Positions 21,828-31,498 of a stretch of DNA of 64,000 bases are shown one piece after another. Every line of letters starts with the position of its first letter. The first letter of the stretch is position 1. A model generated the notes under the pieces. The model was not told where the DNA came from, made no database searches, and was given only the letters and a program-made list of their open reading frames with translations. Source of the stretch: an uncultured Granulosicoccaceae bacterium (GTDB lineage Bacteria > Pseudomonadota > Gammaproteobacteria > Granulosicoccales > Granulosicoccaceae); NCBI GenBank assembly GCA_964437945.1, contig CAYTJF010000001.1:1658-65657 (forward strand), in the 5' to 3' direction. Position numbers and translations under genes: made by a program.

Positions 21828-22628
21828 TCAGTAACTACGCAGCTGACCGACCAGCACGCCCTGAAAACTGACACGTTCACTTGAATACCGCATGGTAGAC
21901 ATCGCTTTATTCTCTGGAATTAATTCGACTATTCCGCCTTCCCTCGCCCCATCGCCGTTCCCTCGAGTTGTGCCGGCATCGTATTTCCCCAATCGCTTCA
22001 GAGTGGCTTCCTGTGAATCAATGAGTGCAACGACAATGTCACCGGTACGCACTTTATTGGTTTTACGCAGGATTACTGTATCACCATCCAGAATGCCAAC
22101 GTCTATCATGGATTCGCCTGAAACGCGCAATGCGTAGCGATCGGGTCCAATAAAAAACTCAGCCAGATCGAGATGTGCCTGATCTTCGATGGCTTCAATG
22201 GGTTGGCCAGCGGCGATCTTTCCCAACAGTGGTAATTTAAAATCTCCAGAACTCACGCGCTTGGCAGGCAGATTAACCAAATCTATTATGTTACTGGTGA
22301 CCTTATTGGCGATGTTCCCTTTGATGTTCCCTGCGATATTACTGGCGGCGACGTTGCTACCAGCTCGCGTATTGGCTGATTCGTTGTCTTGTTTCTCGAT
22401 TATGGGCTTTTCGGTAATGCGCAAACCACGCCAACCGGTGCCGTGCCGTTCCAGCTTGCCTTTTTCGATGAGTGATTGAACGTAACGATGCACAGTACCC
22501 TTCGATTTCAGGCGCAATGTATCAGCCAATTCAGCTATGGTTGGCGACTGGCCCTGCTGGCTAATATGCTGTTCAATGGCGCTAAGCACCCGCGTTTCCA
22601 GATGGGTAAGTGGGCTGGCGACAACCAT
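21828..22628 (-). CDS. lexA: LexA repressor with an extended low-complexity linker
   Basis: wHTH (SPTIAELA..L.LKSKGTVHRYV), Ala-Gly cleavage site in GKIAAGQP, catalytic Ser in GESM and Lys in ATLKR. Confidence 0.93.
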   Translation of the reverse strand: MVVASPLTHLETRVLSAIEQHISQQGQSPTIAELADTLRLKSKGTVHRYVQSLIEKGKLERHGTGWRGLRITEKPIIEKQDNESANTRAGSNVAASNIAGNIKGNIANKVTSNIIDLVNLPAKRVSSGDFKLPLLGKIAAGQPIEAIEDQAHLDLAEFFIGPDRYALRVSGESMIDVGILDGDTVILRKTNKVRTGDIVVALIDSQEATLKRLGKYDAGTTRGNGDGAREGGIVELIPENKAMSTMRYSSERVSFQGVLVGQLRSY

Positions 22629-22648
22629 AACGTTCTCCAAACGTTCTC
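22629..22648 (-). promoter_or_regulatory. Putative LexA operator, GAAC-N7-GAAC (GTTC-N7-GTTC) direct repeat overlapping the lexA RBS
   Basis: The plus strand reads AACGTTCTC-CA-AACGTTCTC, a 9-bp direct repeat with an 11-bp period, directly upstream of the ATG at 22628. Confidence 0.75.
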
Positions 22649-22809
22649 TATTACCTAAGCGTAGCACAGCTTTAGCAACGTACCAGCGAATTTAAGCAGA
22701 TTGATCAAATTCTGCTCGCTGAAATGCGTTCCATTTGGCTATACTTCGCAGCTGACACTCGGCCTTCGCACTGTAATCTGTATGCGCGCTTCAAAATGAG
22801 CAGCTCTCA

Positions 22810-23607
22810 ATGAATCTACCGGGGAACCGACCGAGCGAATCGCTAACCGGCCCGCACGCGCCCTTGATTGATGCATTGTTTGTCGAGCGTCCACCTATAA
22901 CGAATGCCGACTTTGATCTGCGAGCGCGTATGCTTGCAAAAGACGTAGTTTGGCAACCTACGAAACTGCCCGGGCTAAGCGTGTGTTTGCTTGAGTACAG
23001 AAACGGTGCACATCCAAGAATGACAGCACTGGCCAAACTTGATTCTGATTCGAAAGGGGTTAGCGTTCCGGCCGCGCAACTGGAATTGCTGGTTCAGCAC
23101 GGCATCATAGCCGATGACAACTCAGAGTACCTGCATCCGTATTACTTACGCCAACCGCAAGATCTTTTAAGAGAAAATCAACATGTGACTTTGCACCCGG
23201 GAAGTCAAACAGTTCCCCCGAGTGAAAACCAAATAGAGTTCTATCTTGCAACAGGACAAATTCCAATAACCGATACCGAGCGTCGGTGTATTAATCTGGC
23301 AGACAATAGTCTGTGGTTGCCCGGTCCGGTAGAGCATACTGAGGTCATGCCGCTGCATATGCACAATGGCGCCAGTTCAATGCTGGTACGTTGGTTAGCA
23401 TCGGTAACCTTTCGACCTCGGCTCGACCCATTAGGAGAAGAAGTGTTGGTGATAAACGGTACACTGGCCGACGAACTTGGCGCCTACCCTGCCGGTAGCT
23501 GGATACGAAACCCGGTAGCCTCATGGCAAGCATGGGGTGGTGTCGCCGGAACCGTTATCTATTACAAAAACGGGCACTTCGGTCAAGCAATGGCCAACGC
23601 AAACTAA
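22810..23607 (+). CDS. ChrR-like cupin domain protein
   Basis: Tandem cupin_7-like segments, W.P and GEEVLVINGTLADE.G.YPAGSWIRNP. Confidence 0.75.
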   Translation: MNLPGNRPSESLTGPHAPLIDALFVERPPITNADFDLRARMLAKDVVWQPTKLPGLSVCLLEYRNGAHPRMTALAKLDSDSKGVSVPAAQLELLVQHGIIADDNSEYLHPYYLRQPQDLLRENQHVTLHPGSQTVPPSENQIEFYLATGQIPITDTERRCINLADNSLWLPGPVEHTEVMPLHMHNGASSMLVRWLASVTFRPRLDPLGEEVLVINGTLADELGAYPAGSWIRNPVASWQAWGGVAGTVIYYKNGHFGQAMANAN

Positions 23608-23616
23608 AGCGCCACT

Positions 23617-24708
23617 TTGAGTCTTGATAAAACCACACAGTTGACAACCGATCAAGCGGCCAAGCTTGCGCTGGACATTAAACAATGGGCAGCTGAACTT
23701 GGCTTATCCGCCTGCGCCATAACCGACACAGCACTGGGTGATCACGAAGCACACCTTTTGAATTGGTTAAACGATGGCTTCCATGGCGAAATGGATTACA
23801 TGCAACGCCACGGTACAAAGCGTAGTCGACCTTCAGAGCTTGAACCGGGCACCATTCGTATCGTATCTGTGCGACTGAATTATTTTGCTCCTGACGTTGC
23901 CGATGCCGACACTGTTATGGCTGATGGCGAGCTTGGCTACGTGTCTCGCTATGCGCTTGGTCGCGACTACCACAAGGTGCTACGCAAACGTCTGCAAAAG
24001 CTGGCAGATAAAATAGCGTTAACAGCACATGATTTTTCGTATCGAGCGTTTACCGACAGTGCACCGGTACTGGAAAAAGCCATTGCAGAGAAAGCTGGGC
24101 TTGGCTGGATTGGCAAACACAGTAATTTGCTGGGGGACAAAACCGGTTCCTGGTTTTTCCTCGGTGAGTTATACACTAACCTGCCCTTACCAGTCGATCA
24201 GCCACAAATAACGTCACATTGCGGTACTTGCACCGCCTGTATGGACGCCTGCCCGACCAACGCAATTGTTGCACCCTATCGCGTTGATGCTCGGCGCTGC
24301 ATTTCTTACTTAACGATTGAGCTCAACGGTTCTATTCCAACAGAGTTTCGCCGCGCAATGGGTAATCGTATCTATGGCTGCGACGATTGTCAGCTGGTGT
24401 GCCCGTTCAATAAATTTGCCAGCCCAACAACTGTTGATGACTTCAAGCCCAGATTCAATCTGGACGCCCCGGCTTTGGTCGATCTGTTTAACTGGACTGA
24501 AAAGGAATTCAACGATCGTATGCAGGGTTCACCAATTCGACGTATTGGTTACTGGAACTGGCTTAGAAACATAGCGGTAGCACTGGGCAATGCTCCCAGC
24601 AGCGAGTCGGTAATCACAGCATTACGTTTTCGCGCCTCGACGGACAACGAAACACTACGCGAACATGTTGAATGGGCGCTACAGGAACACAAACAGAAAA
24701 CGGCTTGA
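23617..24708 (+). CDS. queG: Epoxyqueuosine reductase
   Basis: SRYALGRDYH, DSAPVLEK, CGTCTACMDACPT, CISYLTIE and GCDDCQLVCP. Confidence 0.96.
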   Translation: MSLDKTTQLTTDQAAKLALDIKQWAAELGLSACAITDTALGDHEAHLLNWLNDGFHGEMDYMQRHGTKRSRPSELEPGTIRIVSVRLNYFAPDVADADTVMADGELGYVSRYALGRDYHKVLRKRLQKLADKIALTAHDFSYRAFTDSAPVLEKAIAEKAGLGWIGKHSNLLGDKTGSWFFLGELYTNLPLPVDQPQITSHCGTCTACMDACPTNAIVAPYRVDARRCISYLTIELNGSIPTEFRRAMGNRIYGCDDCQLVCPFNKFASPTTVDDFKPRFNLDAPALVDLFNWTEKEFNDRMQGSPIRRIGYWNWLRNIAVALGNAPSSESVITALRFRASTDNETLREHVEWALQEHKQKTA

Positions 24709-24731
24709 TAGCCTTAGTGGGTTTGACAACG

Positions 24732-25214
24732 CTACAGTTTTTTCTGCATCAGAACCGCATCACCTGTTTTGGCATCCAGCGAATAGGGTACAAATCCAAA
24801 TTTCTTATAAGCAGACAGTGCAACCGGATTACCTTCCAGCACTTCAAGTGTCACCTTACAGCACTTACGCTGTTGTGCTTCTGACTCTACAAACGCCAGC
24901 AGTCCCTGGCTAATTCCTTGACCTCTGGCCGATGGGATAACCGCAAGGTCATGGATATTGATCAACGGCTTGGCTGTAAATGTGGAAAACCCGGTTAAGC
25001 AATTTGCCAGCGCCACGTAATCAGACCCTACCTGACACAACACGGTAAATGCGCCCGGGAAGTTAGCCAGGCGGCTAACCAGCGTACTCTTTACCTGCTC
25101 TGGCAACGGCTCGCCACCTCCCATGGGGTCGTTCGCGTAGGTATCGAGTAGCTCGACAAGCACTTTGGCATGTTCAGCATTTTTATAGTCTGCGATAAAG
25201 AAATGTGGTGTCAT
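24732..25214 (-). CDS. GNAT family acetyltransferase
   Basis: YANDPMGGG, NIHDLAV, RGQGI and Y.KFGF. Confidence 0.9.
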   Translation of the reverse strand: MTPHFFIADYKNAEHAKVLVELLDTYANDPMGGGEPLPEQVKSTLVSRLANFPGAFTVLCQVGSDYVALANCLTGFSTFTAKPLINIHDLAVIPSARGQGISQGLLAFVESEAQQRKCCKVTLEVLEGNPVALSAYKKFGFVPYSLDAKTGDAVLMQKKL

Positions 25215-25335
25215 GTTGCGAGTTAATTGATTATGGTGGTACCGATTGAGCGGCAAATATGATTAATAATTTAATTGAACAATAGCAAATCGGTTATCAT
25301 CGGATAGAACTTTAAATTTACGTTGGACTATTACC

Positions 25336-25881
25336 ATGCTTGTGAATACCCCAAAAGTCAGTCTCGGTTGGCAAGCCAGTGCCTTCGAGCTACCCAATCC
25401 AGATGGAGACACTTTCTCTCTGGAGCAATTAAACGGTAAAAATGGTTTAGTCGTCGTCTTTATCTGCAATCATTGTCCTTATGTTGTTGCCATTGCAAAC
25501 CGACTGTCCGATGATGCTCGGGTACTGCAAAGTGAAGGGGTAAATGTCGTGGCGATAAATTCTAATGATTTTATAAGCTATCCCGCAGACAGCCCTGCAA
25601 AAATGACACTGTTTGCTGAACAATACAACTTCAGTTTTCCATACCTGGTAGACGAGGACCAATCGGTGGCACGCACATACGATGCAGTGTGTACACCCGA
25701 TTTTTTCGGCTTTGATCGCAATGGCGCACTAAGATACCGTGGTCGCCTTGACAATGCTCGCATGGATAACGACACAAACAGAACGCCAGAATTAATCAAC
25801 GCGATGCGACAAATAGCAGAAACAGAGAGTGGGCCTGCTGAGCAACTGGCAAGCATGGGCTGTTCTATTAAGTGGCGATGA
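25336..25881 (+). CDS. Thioredoxin-fold AhpC/TSA family protein
   Basis: FICNHCPYV, AVCTPDFF, YRGRLD and SMGCSIKW. Confidence 0.92.
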   Translation: MLVNTPKVSLGWQASAFELPNPDGDTFSLEQLNGKNGLVVVFICNHCPYVVAIANRLSDDARVLQSEGVNVVAINSNDFISYPADSPAKMTLFAEQYNFSFPYLVDEDQSVARTYDAVCTPDFFGFDRNGALRYRGRLDNARMDNDTNRTPELINAMRQIAETESGPAEQLASMGCSIKWR

Positions 25882-25893
25882 GACCATTTGATT

Positions 25894-27480
25894 CTACTGA
25901 GAGATGGCGGCCAAAAGAGAATCACAGGCCTGCCATTCGACAACAGGGGTTAGCACGCCAATCTCCTCATGGTAGTCGTTAATCTGAACCACTTGAATAC
26001 CAGCATCGGAGAGCTGCGCTCGGCAAGATTCGGATACCCATTGATACTGTCCTGCGTTAGCCCCAGAGAGAAACGTAATCCATCCAGAACCCGACGATAG
26101 TGAAGTCACTTTCAACAACATATCAACCGCTGTGCTTATCTCAACTGAGACAGATTCCAGCAATACATCACAATTCATCCAGTTAGCTACTTCGGGCAAG
26201 TCACCAATCTCCGCAAAGTAGTCCAGAATCTGAACTACTGGAACACCAGCGTCAGAAAGCTCGGTTCGGCACGATTCAGAGACCCACTGATAATGCCCCG
26301 CATTAACCCCGGACTGAAACGTTACCCAGCCCGAACCCCATGATAGTGAAGTTACCTTCAACAATAAATTTGGCTCTACTTCAGTATTTGTATCTGTATC
26401 TGTATTTACATCAGTGTCTTCATCGTCATGGGGCGGATGCTCATGATCCCCGTTGTGCATCTTAGTTAACTGAGTTCCAAATGGTGTTTGATCAACCGTG
26501 GTTTTCAACAGCCCGTACTGATAAAGCACCTGGCCATCCGGGCTCTTGTGTCGGTCGTCTAATTGACTGCGATCACCTGCACTGTTTCCAAACTCACACG
26601 CGGCTCTCTCCTCGATATTACACCGAACCAATTCATTCATAGATTGGGTGTCCCATGCAGCGATATAATCCGCATGAAGAGATTCACCTTGTGTCGCAGC
26701 ACTGTGATCAGATGACAAGTACCAGTTGCTGTCCGCTTCGACCCTGTATCGCATATTGTAAATAACTTCAGGGATTCGATAGGGATGGGTAATTGGACAA
26801 TCGTTGGAACGGCCATCAATCGTTGAGCTGTAAGATAAGTGGCTAATGTTGTCTGCGCTTTCTAAAATGGGCGCACCGTTAGCATTGACTGCAACGCAAT
26901 TTGGAAAGTTTACGCTCAATTGTAGTGCTGACCCATTGTTAATTGAATTATGCGAAAAGCGACCTGCACTGCTATTCGAAACATTTTGATTCGCCAACAT
27001 GGTAAGACCATTGGGTATCGGAAGAATCGTGTTTCGATCAAAACCTGGACTGCCAAAGCTCTTATAGTAGACGATTAAATCATATGGAATAACAGCCTGA
27101 TCATTTTCATCAAAGAGTGTTGGCGCCCAATAGGCACTACGATTATTCGTACCACCCTCACAGCTTGAACTTCCCATACTAAGTATGCTGTCAGCACTAC
27201 TGGAATAATTCGTTTGTGTGTTACCCCAAAATGTGTGCAGATGAGCCCCCGCCGGCTGGCCAGGGTGTACCACAGGGTCATCGTATGAAAGATGAGATAC
27301 AGCGCAATAAATTCGGGTTCCGTGAGCAGCTCCTGAATTTGCTGGCGTATTAGTCCACATTTCGGTGCTGCCATCGGTACCAATGGTTATCGGGTATTTC
27401 GGGGCTTCTTGTGACGCCGCAACTAACGGATTCAATATACCAATTACAACAACGCTTCTTAGTATTTTTACAAGCTTCAT
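25894..27480 (-). CDS. Secreted DUF1996 domain protein with two C-terminal ~70-aa repeats
   Basis: DDPVVHPG...HLHTFWGN, NRSAYWAP, FPNC, CP.THP.RIP and LHADY..W, followed by a D/T-rich linker and a duplicated domain. Confidence 0.85.
   Translation of the reverse strand: MKLVKILRSVVVIGILNPLVAASQEAPKYPITIGTDGSTEMWTNTPANSGAAHGTRIYCAVSHLSYDDPVVHPGQPAGAHLHTFWGNTQTNYSSSADSILSMGSSSCEGGTNNRSAYWAPTLFDENDQAVIPYDLIVYYKSFGSPGFDRNTILPIPNGLTMLANQNVSNSSAGRFSHNSINNGSALQLSVNFPNCVAVNANGAPILESADNISHLSYSSTIDGRSNDCPITHPYRIPEVIYNMRYRVEADSNWYLSSDHSAATQGESLHADYIAAWDTQSMNELVRCNIEERAACEFGNSAGDRSQLDDRHKSPDGQVLYQYGLLKTTVDQTPFGTQLTKMHNGDHEHPPHDDEDTDVNTDTDTNTEVEPNLLLKVTSLSWGSGWVTFQSGVNAGHYQWVSESCRTELSDAGVPVVQILDYFAEIGDLPEVANWMNCDVLLESVSVEISTAVDMLLKVTSLSSGSGWITFLSGANAGQYQWVSESCRAQLSDAGIQVVQINDYHEEIGVLTPVVEWQACDSLLAAISQ
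25910..26370 (-). repeat. Internal tandem duplication (246-nt period) in the DUF1996 protein
   Basis: LLKVTSLS.GSGW.TF.SG.NAG.YQWVSESCR..LSDAG..VVQI.DY..EIG.L..V..W..CD occurs twice. Confidence 0.9.
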
Positions 27481-27954
27481 TTTTTTTGCAGAATTAATTT
27501 AGTAATTAAACGACTAGTTAGCCGCCTGTTCAAAAACAGGCGACAGTAATAATATAAAAAAATAGACTAGCCTTAGTTATGTCTGAGTTGCGAGACCGAA
27601 AACTAACAAATCAGTATTCTCGGCCAACTGCGGAAACTAATTTCATGCGCCGCTCAAAGCGGCCGGGGGCCGCGACTCGGTCCCCGTTTATGTTAACTAA
27701 TCGGTATAATTTTGAAGCAGGTTGATTTCTGAACAGTTCTCAATCTAGGATAGGGATTAGAAATTGTAAACTATGCCACTATTAAGTAAGCGGCGAATAA
27801 GTAAGCAACAAATATGTGCAATACGTTAAGCAACTATGCCTTGGGTCAGATAGCAGAAACAGGGAATGAACCAACTAAGCAATTGGCAAATATGGGCTGT
27901 CCGATTAAATGGCAGTAGTTGCCCGACTATTTTCGCCTGTCAGGGCTTTACACA

Positions 27955-29145
27955 ATGAACTTTAGTGCGCGAGAAATAGCTGCTGTACGTGCGGAAACAC
28001 CAGCATGTGATTCACTGATTCACTTTAACAACGCAGGTGCATCATTAATGCCTAAGCCTGTACATCAATCTGTGTTAGATCATCTGAATCTGGAATTCAC
28101 TATTGGCGGCTACGAAGCACACGCTCAAGCAGCGACTCAGATGAACGCGTTTTATGAAGCATTTGCACGTCTGTTAAACGCGAGCACTGACGAAATTGCC
28201 TATGTGGAAAATGCCACTCGTGCCTGGGACATGGCCTTTTATGGTCTGCCTTTGCAAGACGGAGATCGCATACTGACTCACGCATCTGAATACGTATCCA
28301 ATTACCTGGGATTTTTACAACAAGCAAAACGACGAAACTTGTTCATCGACTTGATACCATCAGATGAATACGGCCAGATCGACGTTAATGCTATACCTGA
28401 ACTGATAACCGACAAAACCCGACTCATTGCTATTACACATGTGCCGACTCAGGGAGGGTTAGTTAATCCGGCGATAGAAGTTGGCAGAGTCGCAAAAAAA
28501 CATGGGCTAATGTATTTGCTCGATGCTTGTCAGTCTGCGGGTCAGATAGCGCTTGATGTAAAAAAGCTCAATTGCGATGTACTTACCGGTACCGGGCGAA
28601 AATTTCTTCGTGGACCGCGCGGCACTGGTTTTATGTACATCAGAAAGGCATTTATCGAACAGCTCGACCCACCCTTTGTCGATTTGCATTCGGCCAACTG
28701 GACACACGAAAATAAGTTTGAATTCGTGCCAAATGCAAAAAGATTCGAAAACTGGGAAAGCTTTGTCGCCGGGCGAATCGGTTTAATGCAGGCCGTGCAA
28801 TACGCCAATAATCTTGGGATAGATCGAATTCAGTCGCGTGTAACTGCCCTTGCTTCAAATTTACGTGAGCAACTCTCGCTTGTAGGAGGCGTGGCGGTAC
28901 ATGACCTTGGTTTGCACAAATGCGGTATCGTCACCCTGACAAAACAGGGAGTGCCCAGCGATTTTGCAGCGCGTCAACTACGTGAAATGGGCATCAATGT
29001 ATCGGTATCAGAACTCACCAGTGCGCGACTTGACTTAGGCCTTCGCAAGCTTGATTCACTTGTTCGGGCATCAGTGCATTATTTCAATACCGAAGAGGAG
29101 ATATCGAAATTTGTACAGGCCGTTGATTCACTCAAACCAGATTGA
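27955..29145 (+). CDS. PLP-dependent class V aminotransferase / C-S lyase-like protein
   Basis: FNNAGAS, DACQSAG, PLP lysine in TGRKFLRGPRGTG and RASVHYFN. No SufS/IscS catalytic Cys motif is visible. Confidence 0.88.
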   Translation: MNFSAREIAAVRAETPACDSLIHFNNAGASLMPKPVHQSVLDHLNLEFTIGGYEAHAQAATQMNAFYEAFARLLNASTDEIAYVENATRAWDMAFYGLPLQDGDRILTHASEYVSNYLGFLQQAKRRNLFIDLIPSDEYGQIDVNAIPELITDKTRLIAITHVPTQGGLVNPAIEVGRVAKKHGLMYLLDACQSAGQIALDVKKLNCDVLTGTGRKFLRGPRGTGFMYIRKAFIEQLDPPFVDLHSANWTHENKFEFVPNAKRFENWESFVAGRIGLMQAVQYANNLGIDRIQSRVTALASNLREQLSLVGGVAVHDLGLHKCGIVTLTKQGVPSDFAARQLREMGINVSVSELTSARLDLGLRKLDSLVRASVHYFNTEEEISKFVQAVDSLKPD

Positions 29146-29163
29146 GAATCCAATGGCCAAAAT

Positions 29164-29190
29164 AAAAAAAGCGGAACATAAAGTTCCGCT
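29164..29190 (-). terminator. Intrinsic terminator of the TRAP SBP gene
   Basis: AGCGGAAC-ATAAA-GTTCCGCT hairpin preceded on + by an A7 run, which is a U-tail on the minus strand. Confidence 0.8.
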
Positions 29191-29222
29191 CTTAATAAGA
29201 AAAACTAACTGCTAACTACAAT

Positions 29223-30323
29223 CTAGATATCCAATACACGATTACGCTGATTGGAGAATCCGACTTCTGCAATTTTTAAGTAAGCAGCCATTTCTCGCAG
29301 GTTGGTTTGGAAACTATCGTCAATCTTCGCTGCCAGCTCACTGTGGTCTCTTGTTTCTTCGAAGACTTCTTCAGCCGCCTCACCAAATGCATCATATACG
29401 TCGTCGTTGAATTCACGTAGTTCAATGCCGTTGTCATCAACCATCTTATTCAGGAATTCGCCATTGTTCGCAACGGCTTCTTCAGGCTGAGCCGCATTCT
29501 CTTCCATACAAGCCGTTTCAATGACAATCTTTTCCCAGTTAGATAGTTTTTCGAACCACTCTTTGTTCATACCAAATGCAAGACCACCACCTGGCTCATG
29601 CATACCCGGTGAGTAGTAGTATTTAGCCGCTTCATAAAACTTCATGAAGTAATCGTTGTAAGGGCCAACCCACTCCGTAGCATCGATGGCGCCTGAGACC
29701 AGGTTTTCATAAATCTGACCACCAGGCAGAGAAACAGGTGATGCACCCAACTTCGCCATTACGTCACCACCAAGACCTGGTATACGCATTTTAAGTCCTT
29801 TAAGGTCATCAGCAGATTCAATTTCTTTGTTGAACCAACCACCCATCTGTGTGCCGGTACCTCCACAGGTAAACGCTTTCAGACCGTACTCGCCCGATAG
29901 CTCATCCCATAGTTCCTGACCGCCTTTGAATTTAATCCAGGCATTCCACTCAAGATTTGTCATGCCAAATGGCACGGAGGTGAAATAAGCAAAACCAGGG
30001 TGTTTACCCTTCCAGTAATAGTCTGCTGCTATGTAGGCCTGAGAGTTTCCAGAAGCAACTTCATCAAATGAATCAAATGCACCAACACGTTCACCGGCTG
30101 CAAAGTATTCAACCTCGATTTTGCCCTCCGACAAATCACCGATGCGTTGTGCAAGGCGTTGTGCGCTTAAACCCAGACCAGGAAAATCGCGAGGCCATGT
30201 AGACACGATAGTCAATTTGGTTTTGCTTTGTGCAATGGCAGGTGCGGAAATGATTCCGGAACCAGCAGCAGTCGCCAAACCAAGTCCGGCCGCACCTCTG
30301 GTTAAAAACGTTCTTCTCGTCAT
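29223..30323 (-). CDS. TRAP transporter solute-binding protein (DctP/TakP-like), Tat-exported
   Basis: RRTFL Tat motif, YYWKGK, QMGGWF, GLKMRIPGLGG and IDATEWVGP. Confidence 0.92.
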   Translation of the reverse strand: MTRRTFLTRGAAGLGLATAAGSGIISAPAIAQSKTKLTIVSTWPRDFPGLGLSAQRLAQRIGDLSEGKIEVEYFAAGERVGAFDSFDEVASGNSQAYIAADYYWKGKHPGFAYFTSVPFGMTNLEWNAWIKFKGGQELWDELSGEYGLKAFTCGGTGTQMGGWFNKEIESADDLKGLKMRIPGLGGDVMAKLGASPVSLPGGQIYENLVSGAIDATEWVGPYNDYFMKFYEAAKYYYSPGMHEPGGGLAFGMNKEWFEKLSNWEKIVIETACMEENAAQPEEAVANNGEFLNKMVDDNGIELREFNDDVYDAFGEAAEEVFEETRDHSELAAKIDDSFQTNLREMAAYLKIAEVGFSNQRNRVLDI

Positions 30324-30616
30324 TTTCTTTGAATCTCCTAAAATGAAAGGTTTGTTTATAGTCTAAATTTGTGCGACCAATCGAAATTGATTGCTACTTG
30401 GCACATAAGAACATCATCACTCCATCGAGTAATGTCTCAACTGTACAGCTTACAACAAGGACGCACTGGTTCGAAAGGCCCAGCAGCGCTCAAAAAAACA
30501 GTATTTATCTGCCTGATGGACATAGTAAGCCTATCTTGAGTGGATTATGTGCCGTGCAGACTAAATTAGTACTGAAACAATCTCTCGGCCCACGCATACC
30601 ACATTGTCAACCACCG

Positions 30617-31180
30617 CTACAACGCTTCTTTCAATTTTCGCGCATGGTATTTCTGTAGGTGTTCGTCTCCTTCATAGCCTTTCTGGCGGACCCATTCAAA
30701 GGTGTGCAGAAAGGTCTGTTTGCCAAATCCGCCAGGCAACGCGGCAACAGCGGCTTGCAGAGCATTGGATCTAACAGCAGGTACATCTTCAGGCATGAAT
30801 AGAATGGTGGGCGTGAACATGACCCCCCATTTCAGCGCAGCGTCTTTTTCGCTGAGCACTTCACCGTCAAGATCGGTTACCTCCTCAGAGCCAAACAAGT
30901 TTAGTTGCACTATGTTGAAGTTTTCCTGAACATAATTACTGATTTGAGGGTCGGCTAATACGACTTCATGCATTTTTCTACAATAGATACACGCATACTG
31001 TTCGACGATTATGGCCAGTCGCTTGTTTTCAGCTTTCGCGTCGTCAATATCTTCTGCAATATCTTTGAAACTAACCGTAAACCAGTCTTGGGTGTGCAGA
31101 CCACCTTCGCCGATGTCATCAGCGTCGGCTGCATATAGCCATAATGGGAGAAAAAGCAGGAAAATCGAGAGAGTTTTCAA
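30617..31180 (-). CDS. soxW: SoxW-like periplasmic thioredoxin
   Basis: Signal peptide, GLH.QDWF..SF.DI.ED, CIYC, EVTDLDGE, FTPT and GYE..EHLQKY. Confidence 0.8.
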   Translation of the reverse strand: MKTLSIFLLFLPLWLYAADADDIGEGGLHTQDWFTVSFKDIAEDIDDAKAENKRLAIIVEQYACIYCRKMHEVVLADPQISNYVQENFNIVQLNLFGSEEVTDLDGEVLSEKDAALKWGVMFTPTILFMPEDVPAVRSNALQAAVAALPGGFGKQTFLHTFEWVRQKGYEGDEHLQKYHARKLKEAL

Positions 31181-31498
31181 ATTTCACCTCCGTATCTACA
31201 AACTGAGCTTGTCATGAGTGTTTACGCTACTTTTTCAGAATTTGGACACTCACGATTGTATACTATACCCATGACACCCAGCCAGACAGATCGCACTCAA
31301 AACAACGACTTAAGAGTGATTGAAGTGTTACGGACAAGGGTAGTGTTGAAACCAACGCAGATCTACCGGACTAGCACCATCCAGCCATGCAAAAGGTGGT
31401 TTGATAAACCTCTTCTATGGAAAACGTGGCTCAATGAATTTCGTGCCGGCAACACGAATTGTGGAAAAAAGTATTTCGGCAACATACCACTCGGCAAA

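Noticed and set aside
31214..31498. N-terminal 95 codons of the soxS-like ORF
   Set aside because: This stretch has no recognisable similarity, and the signal peptide begins at the ATG at 31499.
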